Assembly (NCBI GenBank): GCA_037379345.1 | Contig: CM074515.1 | Span: forward strand, 16,182,001-16,246,000 | From: Perna viridis | Lineage: Eukaryota | Reading direction: 5' to 3' | DNA length: 64,000 nucleotides | Shown: in pieces, positions 46,801-58,800 of the stretch | How the letters are laid out: every line of letters starts with the position of its first letter | Position numbering within the stretch: the stretch's first letter is position 1 | Position numbers and translations under genes: made by a program | The notes under the pieces: model-generated | What the model was told of the DNA's origin: nothing | Databases searched by the model: none | What the model saw: the letters and a program-made list of their open reading frames with translations, nothing else

Positions 46801-49800
46801 AATTAGCTCTCTACTACTTATAGTACTTTAACTAAAGCTCAGTTTAATTTCAGAGTGCTGAGAAGTTAATCCGAGCTAACCCTGACTTCTTCTCCACATT
46901 TACAATAGTCATTGCAACTAATTTGTGTGAAAGGTATTTCTTATTGGCATTCTTGTGCTGCTGATTTAAAATAGTGGAAATTAAACATGTTTACCTAAAT
47001 AAAGTATTTCTTTTGACACAGCCCATGATAGTATAGTGGATAAAATTATTACTTCAAATTTTTGAACAATATCTCTTTGGGGTTTCATATTCTTCATTTT
47101 GTAGTGAAATTTTATTTTTTTGCATTTCCCATGAAAATTTGATTTTTATAAAACTTTTAATGCAGATGGGTTTATTGCCAGGCATGCAACATATATGAAT
47201 GGATCCTGAACTACTATTCAAATGCTTGGAGATTTGTGATTTACACATCGTTGAGTTCAGTATTAAAGAAAATCATGTTTTCATGTAAAAATACAGATAA
47301 AAATAGAAAAATATATATTTCTAGATGATAAAAATGATAAGAAAAGCATAAAATAGAAGATTTTGCATTGTAATGCAGCATTTTTGAGATCAAGAGAAGT
47401 GAACAATAAAATGCAAATCGGTCTTCAGATTTCGAGTCTTACTTATACATCAGAAATTCCTGAAAGGAAAATGAAACTAGAATGAGACTTATAAACCATA
47501 TAAATAAGTTTTGAATATTGAAATTGTAACAACTATGTCTGATTATCATCAGCATCACAAATAATCTAACACAGAAAGCTGCAATGATTTGAAATTTCAA
47601 ATGGTCAAGCTTTCTTTGTTATTTCTGTTTTGTTGACTTAAGTAACATTAGAACTTTTATGACCACATGACTTGTTTTATTGCAGGGAATTGTTAGAGTT
47701 AGATTCATTGTTATCTCAGAAGAATATTCCACTGTTAGTGTGTAGAAGTTATGGTTTCATTGGATATATGAGATTAGTAGTCAAAGAACATACAGGTATC
47801 ATCACAAAACCTCTTAGTTTTATAGGTTATCTGTCTTGATAAAGTCATCATTAATAAATTTCATTACATGTAATAGACTGAGCAGCTTTCATCCTTACTC
47901 CAAAAGAAATTAAAGGGGAGGTTTCATGGATTTTATTATTCTCTCTTGAAGAACAAGTTTTAGCCACGGTCCTGCCATTTGAGAAGGAATTAAATCTTGC
48001 AATTACTTCCTATTGGCCTTAAGAAAATTGTTTGCCTTAGCACTTTTAAAGTCTCTAAGCAATTACAAGGTTAATTGTTATCTGTTAGATCAAAAGAAGA
48101 GAACATGGAGTTTTTTTATGCATCAGTTTTCTTTTTACAATATTAAAATGACAGAGATCTTCACTTAGTTAGCTCCTAAAGATTTCATTTTGTTCATCTT
48201 GAGGAAGTAGGAGATAACTGTATTGTATTTGATGGTTTGGAAGTGTCAACTGTGGATTTGATGGTAGCAAATTGAGTTTATTGGCAATGCTGGCTGGTGA
48301 GTGGATGTTTTCCACTGCCAAATCTAGATTCACAAGGACAAATCTTTAAAAACAATATGGTTATATTAACATGCCTAAAAAATTGCTGACAGTACATCAT
48401 TGAATTATTATCCAATGAAATTACAATGAATGATGCATTATGAATATTAACTCACTACTTCTCTTGATTATTTCAGTAATAGAATCTCATCCAGACAGTG
48501 CCCATGAAGATCTGAGATTAGATCGCCCATTCCAGAAACTGGTGGATTATTGTAATTCTCTCAACATGGAAACTATGGATCAAAAGGTACATGGTGGTCT
48601 AAAACTTTAGTTTATTTTAAGTAGAAGAATTTTTTAAACCTCTTCTTTCCATACATTCTACTTTATAGAATGTAGGTATATTCTAGAATTGATATAGGGA
48701 GATCTGTCTGTCACCTAACCAAATGTAGTATTTCTTTTGACACACCCCATGATAGTATAGTGTTGTATGTTTGTAACATTGATGTTGTAGGGAGAATGTA
48801 AACGACTTTTGTATGCTGTGTACATATTGTCTCTGTGTGTTGTTTTTGAATAATTTATGTCCAAATTAACTGTTTATTCATGACTTTACATGTATACCAT
48901 AATGATGTTGATTGTGTGAGGATGCAACTTAATAAACATGTCTGTTTTTTGTGTCGTGGACTTAGTCAATTTTTACAACCACTTGATCAGGATTATAGTT
49001 ACAATGCAACACAACATGATTCTACAATAGTACAATGTCATTAAATTGTAGGGAACAGGATTAAAAATTGTTCTCTTCTTAGATTAAGTAGTACATGTTT
49101 GCTTTTAATAAATACTTTGTTGTATTATATGGTTATGTTTCAGGATCATTCCCATACACCATGGCTTGTTATTATCTACAAATATTTACAACAATGGAAA
49201 GAAACAGTAAGTTCACATTATACAAATTTGCAAGTTTATTAGTGGCAGTGCTTCATGGTTTTATAATGAAGACATTAATCTGAAATAGCTGTCAATTATG
49301 ATGGTGGATGGCAAATTAAGGTTAAGGTCATCATAATTGATAGATATTCAAAATTAAAAGAGAGTGTCTAATGGATCACAAAGGTGTTCTGTGGTGGTTA
49401 AGGAGGGCACATTGGTATAATGTAGGGCAGATTTCTAACTAAAGAGCTATTTAAATTACTCACTAGCCTAGCTAGATTTGTATTGAAATTGGAGCTGGTC
49501 TGTTTCAACTAGCTGTAATCACAGCAAATTTGTAGGACTCATTGAAAATCAGCTGCAAGAGTAATAACATCACAGCAGTTACCTCATGTTTGTTGGTTAC
49601 TTAAAAAATATTGGTTCTAGATCATCTCTCAACACTTTATATCACACTTATTACATTGTATTAATAATGACTAATATATGAATAGTACTGTTAAAACAGT
49701 TTAATCCTTTTTATTTAGCATGATGGTTGTGGTCCTAAAAATTATAAAGAAAAAACACAGTTTAAAGAACTTATAAAGAAAGGTAAGTAAACATACCCAT

Positions 49801-52800
49801 ATATTATTATCAAGTTTTTATAAAAAGATATTTAAAGTTAATTATCATCTTGATTACAAACATGATATTTTTCTGCTTTAAAACTGAATTTTGCTTCTCA
49901 AATCTGGCTTTTACCGTTTCTTTTTTTACTGTAAGGTGCCTTCAGGTTATGTCAGTTTCTGTTTTTTGTTGTTGTTGGCTTTGTAAAATCAATTATCTTA
50001 TCTCCAGTTAATTGATGCTGTTTATCACATGGACATAATTCATTGAATCAGTACGAAACATGTATAAATAATGTGACAGTTCTTTTGTTTGTGGGGTACC
50101 AATTTTTGTGGATTTCATTGGCAAGGTAAACCGTGAAATTTGCTTCCAAACGAAAAAGATTATTTTCTTTAAATTGCATGACAGGATCATCAAAACAATG
50201 AATCCATGATCTTGTGCTTTTCCCCAAAACCACAAAAGTTGATACCCATGAATATAAGTACTTTATATAAGATTTGTCAACTTACTGGAGATGTATATAT
50301 TTAAAGTTATTCACTTGTCACTCTATATTACAGTTTTTACTTTCTTTAGTCTGTTTTTTTTTCAAGGTAAAATGAAGGATCCTTAGGGTACTTAAGTGTT
50401 TTATTCTTTACTTCCAGGTATAAGGAAGAACCCTTAATGTAGTTAAGTGTTACCCTTAACCTCCATGTATAAGGTAGAACCCTGAGGGTACTTAAGTGTT
50501 TTATTCTCTGTTACCAGGTATAAGGAAGTGTTTCATTCTCTGTTACCAGGTATAAGGAAGAACCTTGAGGGTACTTAAGTGTTTCATTCTTTGTAACCAG
50601 GTATATGGAAGAAACCTGAGGGTACTTAAGTGTTTCATTCTTTGTTTCCAGGTAAATGAAAGAATGCTGAGCGTACTTAAGTGTTTCATTCTTTGTTTCC
50701 AGGTATAAGGAAGAACCCTGAGGGTATACCACTGGAAGAAGAGAATTTTGATGAAGCTGTTAAGAGTGTTAATTCAGCACTGGTACCCACCTCTGTATGT
50801 TGTAATTTTTATTGTGTTATCAATAAGTTGTCCATTTGTGAAATTATGAATAAATATTTCATAGATGATAAAATATTATGTACATGTGCATGGAAATGTA
50901 ACAATCAAATGTACACTTGGTTTATAACATTAACAGTAAGTGATTTATCCCTATTGGAGATATTAAAAAAAAACTTATGTTAGGTCTTTTTAATGTACAT
51001 GTATACTTGAACATACATGTATTTTTCTAAACTATTGCTCTACATCATCCTCTTCTTTGCATCGTACTTCAGAAACTACATGTATGTTTTCTGGGTATTG
51101 TCAGAAATGTTCTTGTTTTTTGTTTATGTTGTTCTTGCAGATTTTTATATTGTTATTAATGTTAACTGTTAAATGGAAGCTTTATTTTCATTTTTTATTT
51201 ATACTACATTGACGATTTGAGTTATGTCCCTTTGTTTGCATAATTTTTATGTGGGCATTGCCCTACAGAATGATATAAATAGTTAACTGCCTTTGATCCT
51301 TTTGTGTTCTCTTTGAGTATTTATTTTCCTGTCCAAGTAAAGACAATTTTCAAATTAAATAATTAGTATTATAATGATATTAACATAAGTAACAGCACTG
51401 GTAATGAATGTATGCTTGGTTTTTTTAAAGATGCCTGGCGATGTCAATCAGCTGTTCAGTGATCCATGTTGTGATAATGTTGACTCTGAGGTGAGTATAA
51501 CACAGTGAAAATTCTATGTAAAAATTTTACATATCTTTCAGACATTAAGATAAGATTTAAGTTAAAAGATCCATGTAATTTGTCATTATACATTGTTTTT
51601 ATAACCATTTTTTATGTACATTGTACCAAGAGCTGGAATTTAAGATTATAAACCAATTAGGTTATGATATAATGCCTTTTAAATAGATACAAATTTTGTT
51701 GTCAATTCTTTGGTAACTATTGTATCTTGATAGCTTGAATTTGGATAAGGAAGCATTCCATTAGATAGATCACGTTATTTACATTGTGCAGTCCTCTCAA
51801 CACTTGGAATCAAGCAATAACAATTAAATAAAAGTATATGAAGGTGTATAGTAAAACATAACTTGAAAATATACCCTGATTTCTCTATTTTTGCTTTAAA
51901 AACATGGGTCATAATTTTGGAAATATTTAAATTCCATCTGGGACTTGATCTTCAATATACCTTTAGGAATTCACAAGTAATTCCATTTCATTTATGTTCA
52001 GCTTGTACTTTTTACAGAATTTTTTTTTGTATTTTCAGAGTTCATCCTTCTGGATACTAGTTAAAGCTGTTAAACAATTTGTAGAAAATGAAGGTCAAGG
52101 TAATTGTATAGGATTTACAAAGTAGTTCTCACAATAAAAAAAAAATGTATCATCAGAAATTATCAGATTTGCTGAACCAAACTCAATTCAGCCTGCGTAG
52201 ATTTTAGTGTGATTTTTTTCTCTGAATAATAAACTCTTACCAGAAAAAACAGGCTAGTAGAGTTTGCATGGTACTTGCCCAACAACTGTCTTACTGATCC
52301 CTTTTCAGTAGCTAATATGAGAATTGATGACAAAAAAATATATTCATAGAGCATGTATAATTCACTTTGCAGAATTCAATTTTTCTTACTCTCTTTCATA
52401 TTGAAATAGTAAAAAATTCTTGTCTTGAATGATGCAATCTGTAAAAACTCAAAACAAAATAAAATACACGAAAACTTTAAGTTAAATGTTGTGGAAAAAA
52501 TTTTTTTTAATAGTTTTTGATGAGTGCTGGGTAGTTTGTCTCTTGAGAATGATATAAATACTTGATGAATGATAGTATAATTCCACAGGTTATTTACCTT
52601 TGAGAGGAACTATACCTGATATGACAGCTGACTCAAATAGGTACATACAGCTACAACATGTATACAGGGATCAAGCTGATCACGATGTTGCTATAGTAAC
52701 AGATAAAGTCAGGAGGATTGAACAAAGTATTGCTAAGGTATTATTCATTTCTTTTTTGATGAAGTCAGTGTTCTGTGTAAAATGAAAAATGATAGTTTGC

Positions 52801-55800
52801 TTTCATTTTCTGAATTTGATATCTCAGAAGTTTCCTTGTCTATTAACACAATATATATATTTCAACCAAGGCTCTGGAAACAGCAAAAAATGCTTTATAT
52901 TGACTGAGAAATACTTTTGTTGGTATACAATGAAGACACCATTTTGTGTCAGTCTTCTGTGGGAATAGTCAAAGGATAATGGACATCTATACATGCTGTG
53001 TAATTAATCCTCATTATAATTCACTAGAAATTGAGTTTGCCAAGTGTCAACTATTTCATGCTCAGTAACCCATAAGCTCATGATTAACCTGCCCATGGGA
53101 CTTATGGATGACATAATTTAATTATTTCATACCATTTTGGTTGCATGTAATTGTTTATTCAATAAAGATTGATAGTTCACACAATTGTCACCTTTTTCAT
53201 TTTTGCAAAAGATGCACAGTACCTCAGTGAAAAAAAACATGGTTAGTGTAGTAAAGGAAACTATTTGTTGGGTATAAAGCCCAAAATGTATTTATGGACA
53301 CAACACATTGTAAAATTTCATCCAGCCTCCATCATGATGCTATTGCAAAATATTTTTAAATTACCCTTCAAATTGTATCAATTCTATGTATTTTATAGTA
53401 GTTTTTCTTATTTGTATATAAACAACCAATCATTTACTTCAGACCATGGTTTATGTTAAGTAAAAATTGTCTGTAAAAGTGATGGTAGCTCATTTTCAAG
53501 GAATTAGAATGTTAGGAAATGGATTTTCTCGCTGAATTGACTTTCAAAACTGTAAAAATGTGTATAGGTCTTTTTCCTTCTTCATTTAAGTGTTCTAATG
53601 AATGTAATCTGTATGGTTGACACCTATTGCTACAAACATAAACTCATCTTATGAAGACTGACAAAAAGACCAAAATTGAATGAACAAATTTCTTGTTTTC
53701 AATCCATTTAAATATTTTTACTTTGCCTTAATTTCAGTTTTGAAAATTAGAACAGGTTATCTAAGATCAAATATGTTGAGGGCTTCATCTCTATTTTGTT
53801 AAATATTGTTAAAAGGAGTCGGACTAAGTTTTGAATAAGGTTTGAGTGTGCTTAATTATAGGAGAAATAAATTTTATAGTTATTTGTAAGCTGGGATTAG
53901 AATGTGTTGAATTATACTATCTATAACTTTGTGAGGTGTGATTAGAGTATGCTTAATTATTACTTCGATAACTTTGTAAGCTGTGATTAGAGTATGCTGA
54001 ATTATTATAACTTTGTAAGATGTGGTTTTGGTCTGTTGTAGGAGGAACCACTTCATATAATAGCACCACCAAAACATGTATGATTTCTCTGTTACCCTTT
54101 ATTTACTCCAGTTATTGGGCAAGGAATTGTCAATGTTATTGGCAGAAGCAGTGCATTTTGTTATTATATATTGTGTCAATCATTATAAGTTAAAAGTTAT
54201 TGTTAGAACAACTCCTTTACATCTGTTTTTAAACCCCCACAGTAGGGGCTATATTGCAGTTACTTTGTCCGTCTGTTATACTTTTTAGCTCACATGGCCT
54301 TTAGCTATTGCCATCACTTGGCATTCGTTGTCTGTCGTCATTTTCGATAACAATTATATAAAACTCTTCTCCTCTGAAGCTACTTGACCAATTAGAACCG
54401 AACTTGCCGTTACTGAAAATAGAACATAGGGGTCAGACAGTGATTAAGCTAAATTTTGTTTAAGGTGGTTATAAGTGTTGAGCATGATGAGATCTATCTG
54501 TGGTCAAATATTTGTTTTAATTTGTTAAGTCATGTTTAGTTATTGCCCTTTTATGACGTTTTTTTGCTATTTTTCATGTTATTTCTTTAAAAAATCTTCT
54601 CCTCTGATACTACTTGACCCATTGAAACCAAACTTGGTACAAATGTTTCTAGGGGTATCCTGCATAGAACTGATGTGGGAATTTTTGATCCGTTGAAAAA
54701 CATGGCCACTGTTACTAAAAATAGAATATAGGGGTCAGACAGTAGTTTTTCACATATATCGCCAAAATCGTTAGTTTAGCCAAATTCTTTCAATAGCTGA
54801 AATGATCCTTATTATTAGGACCACAAAAGTCTTCAGGGATCAAAGTTGTCAGATGACTCCTTGTAAGAGTTATTGCCCTTGAAAGGAGAAAAATGATGTT
54901 TTGTTTTGTTTTATTTTTTTTTTTTTTTTTTACAGTTTTTAGTCAATATTTTGACAACTATGATAGATTATAAGAAACTTTCAATTGTTGAAATGATTCT
55001 TATGATAAGTCCTACCAAAGACTTCTTGAGTCAAAATTGTTGGACAATTTCTTGTTAAAGAAGTTAATTCAGTAAGGGCAAAATTTGGACTTGAAAACAA
55101 AGTTTACATGAAGAAACTTTAATGTTGTTTCTCCAGCTCTTCAATGTGTTTTATAGTTGATTTGATTAGTATATTGTAATAGTTTGAACCTATATGGTCA
55201 TATAAGCCCTTCAAACTTGATCAAGATTTGAAAACCTGTTAAAAAGGCTGAAAAACACCTAATTTTGTGCCGTTTATCACTCTTTTAACAATGGCCACAT
55301 GCATGCTGACTCTCTTTCTTCTTAATTTTGTGTATAATTGTCAGTTACAACTTGTGTAAAAATATCTTGAGTCAACAGATGTGTGGCCACTTCCATTCCA
55401 CACAGAAAACACCGTAAAAATTGCAGAATTGTTACATGTTAAAGGATTTTGTAAAAATTACATAAATGCATACTGCTATTTCTGGAATAATGTCATAAAT
55501 CTTGTCAAAAACATTTTATATTCAGTGTTCGCCACCATTTTACTATACTACTACTACCTAGAAATCAGCTTAATCAAATTTTCAAAAATGCCCAAATTAT
55601 GAGGCCAAAAGGGGTCCTTACCGAACATTCTCCTTTATTGCCTTTGAAGGGCAAAATTCAACCAGTTGAGCGATTCAGGCTCCTGGGAGCCTCTTGTTTT
55701 GTTACAGATTTCTCATTTTCTACTAGAGGGAATGCTTATATATTTGTAATAATGCTTTTTAATGATGACTTGTACTTTGTCTCCCCTTTTCAGGTTCATG

Positions 55801-58800
55801 AGTTATCTACTTCCTGTTTACTGATCGATTTTGTAGTTTTATATAGGTGCTGCATAATGGAAATTTTGTATAAGATTTCTCAGCTTCTTTCAGAGGGAAT
55901 GCTAAAATAATTGGTTTATAGTTTCTGCATGATGACTTGTACTGTGTCACCTTTTCTCAGCTTTTACTGAAATGGTTGAGAGAGAGTATTCTTAGCACAA
56001 CATAGCGTGCGACATATTGTTCATTTAAAATTATTTAATGTCCCACTGGTTTTATTACAGATGCTACACATTAAAAAATGTGTTGTTTGAAACATAGAAT
56101 TTTCACTCAAGATTAACATACCTCAGTGAAACTATTATTGAAGTATGTACCGGTACTCAATAACTAAATAAGTGGCTTTAAAAAGCTTTGACCCATACAT
56201 ATTTCATGCTTGGCTGAACAAACAAATACAAAGGAATTTAAACATTTGAATCCTACTATTAGATGTATATCAATATTCCCATACAATATTAATAGATTTT
56301 AAAGTAATATTTGAATTAAAAATGTTGTAGCAAAATGCACTGATTATTTTCTATGAAATTCATAAAAATAAAAGACAATTGTAAATTTACAACATAGAAA
56401 GAGAATCTTCTGATCAACAATTCAAAGCCACATTGACATACTCCTTTTATTGGACCAGAAACAGAAACATGACAACTATGTCATTATTATGTCAACAATG
56501 TCATTGATATGTCTACATGATGTCTGATAAACAGTACTTCATTTTGTTTACTGGTTTTCTGTTTTGTGTTTATTTATTTTCCAAATTCAAGTGCTCTACT
56601 TCAGGCAATTTGTTTTAACTGGCTACCGTTCTTCAGATAAGATCATTGTTTTAAAAGAATAATTCTCATGTACAATAATATGTATTCTTAACTATGTAGA
56701 CTTGTAAAACATCTGTAATTGTTGGATGATTGAATAGCATGACATATTTTTGAGCCCATTGTTTCATTATTTAATTGTTTGCCACTTACGATGTACTTTT
56801 GTATTTTATATTAAATTACTCAAGGGCCTCTACATTTTCAGATTGCTACAGTTTTTGTCCTGTTTCTATTTCATTATTGGTCCATTTGCACATGAATGAA
56901 GTTCTGTATTAGTTGCTAATAAGTTTTGACAAGCTGCATGAACAGCTCTTTTCTATAAATAGACTATAATGTCAAGTTGCCACGTTATTTGTTTTGCAGT
57001 GTAAGCAAAGCTTCTTCAGTTTTCTATGAATAGACTGTAATGTCAAGTTACCACATTATTTGTTTTGCAGTGTAAGCAAAGCTTCTTCAGTAAAGCCTCA
57101 ATTTGGTGTTGCAGTTTTTGATATGATTTTATACAAATTATTAAAAAAGGAAAAAGCCTTTGTTGTAGTTTTGATATAGGGCAATTTGTGTACAAATAAT
57201 TAAATTGAATAAAACTGCATGTCTGAGATATAAAGTTGACTTGACTTTTGTATGTAACTGTATCAGATCGTGTAAGCAGTATAAAATATCAAAAACTGCA
57301 GACTTATTTCACCACAATCTTTCTTTTAAACAAAGCAGGAAATCCTAAGATGATTCTGTTTTTATGATATTTAGTGTTACCTAGTTCACTCTTTTTATTT
57401 AATTACTTGGTATAATGAAAGATTTCAGTATGATCCCTACTGATATTGAAGTAATTATTATGTTTTATTTATACTTATTATGTACTGTATATATAAAGAA
57501 AAATAGTGGCTAAAACATTGATAGGAATCCAATGAAAGTTCATAATGTGGAAATAAAAAATCAATAAATTGCATCGAGGTGTTAAGATTTTGAAATAGCT
57601 AACTATGTAGATTGTTGTAATTGAAAGTGCAAACAGTTCAATCATGCAACAAATATTCTCAATAAAATACAACTAGCACTATGTGTATAATTTTAGTTAG
57701 ATATATTATACTTGTAATTTGCCAAGTGAATTAAATTATTTAATATATTATATTAAAAATATAAAATTCTCTTTCTTAGATCATGCTTTTTGGATATGTA
57801 TTTACTCTTTCAGGGTATATTAAGACTATGCTTTACACTTTAAAGAAAACTGAAAGTTTTGTAAGCTCACCTGCACACAATTAGCATATATCTCTGCTAA
57901 TGCTTTACCAAGATTTAGAAATACCCGGTATTTGCAAGAATGATGTAAGAACAGATGTTCATAAATGATTTTGTGTATCCCACTTGATCATTTGATATGT
58001 TTATCAAATTTTACAGGTGAGCGATTCGGGCTCCTTCAAATCTCTGTTTTTTTTCTTTTAACACCAAAAGCTGTTGTCATGTAGATGAAGAAAATGAAAT
58101 GACTTCGCCTTTCAGGAACATAATTTCTAGTATTTGCTTTCATTAGAAGACAAAACATAAATGATTCTCCCCCTTTCCTTTTTAACTTGATCATTTGTTT
58201 TATCAGATTTAGCTTGGATGTATTTTTTTTTTTGATAAATTTTACATGGAAAAATGTGTTTCATTAACTTTATTTTTTTCTGTTACAGGATACCATTATA
58301 TCTGATCATGACATTAAGTTATTCTGTAAGTAGAATTAATATCCATTCAAAATAGTACTCACATCAGTGCCATCCAGTCATATAGCACAGAGATTTTCAA
58401 TAAAGATCAACCAGGCGTAATGCAGTACACTAAAGAGAAGATACGACAGAATTGAAATTAAAATTTTTAAATTGTATCCCTCTGGGTCAAAATCTACAGG
58501 AGTGTAACACCCACAAAATTCGGCGGTATATTTTATACACTGGTGATAGCACTGATTACAAAAACCTTATGTTTTTACACATATTAACTGCTTGGGAATA
58601 AAGGTGTTTGAAACTGTTAGAGTCTTGAGGTATTGTTTTTATTTAGTATCTATTTAAATTAACCCACATGTTTGTTTAATGGACAATAGTAAATATTTTG
58701 CCAAATTTAGAAAAAAAGCATTAGATTACAACTGAACTTCTACATTGTAGTAGAATATCCAGCAGATAGCTTAACATACCAAATCAATAACTCATAAATG

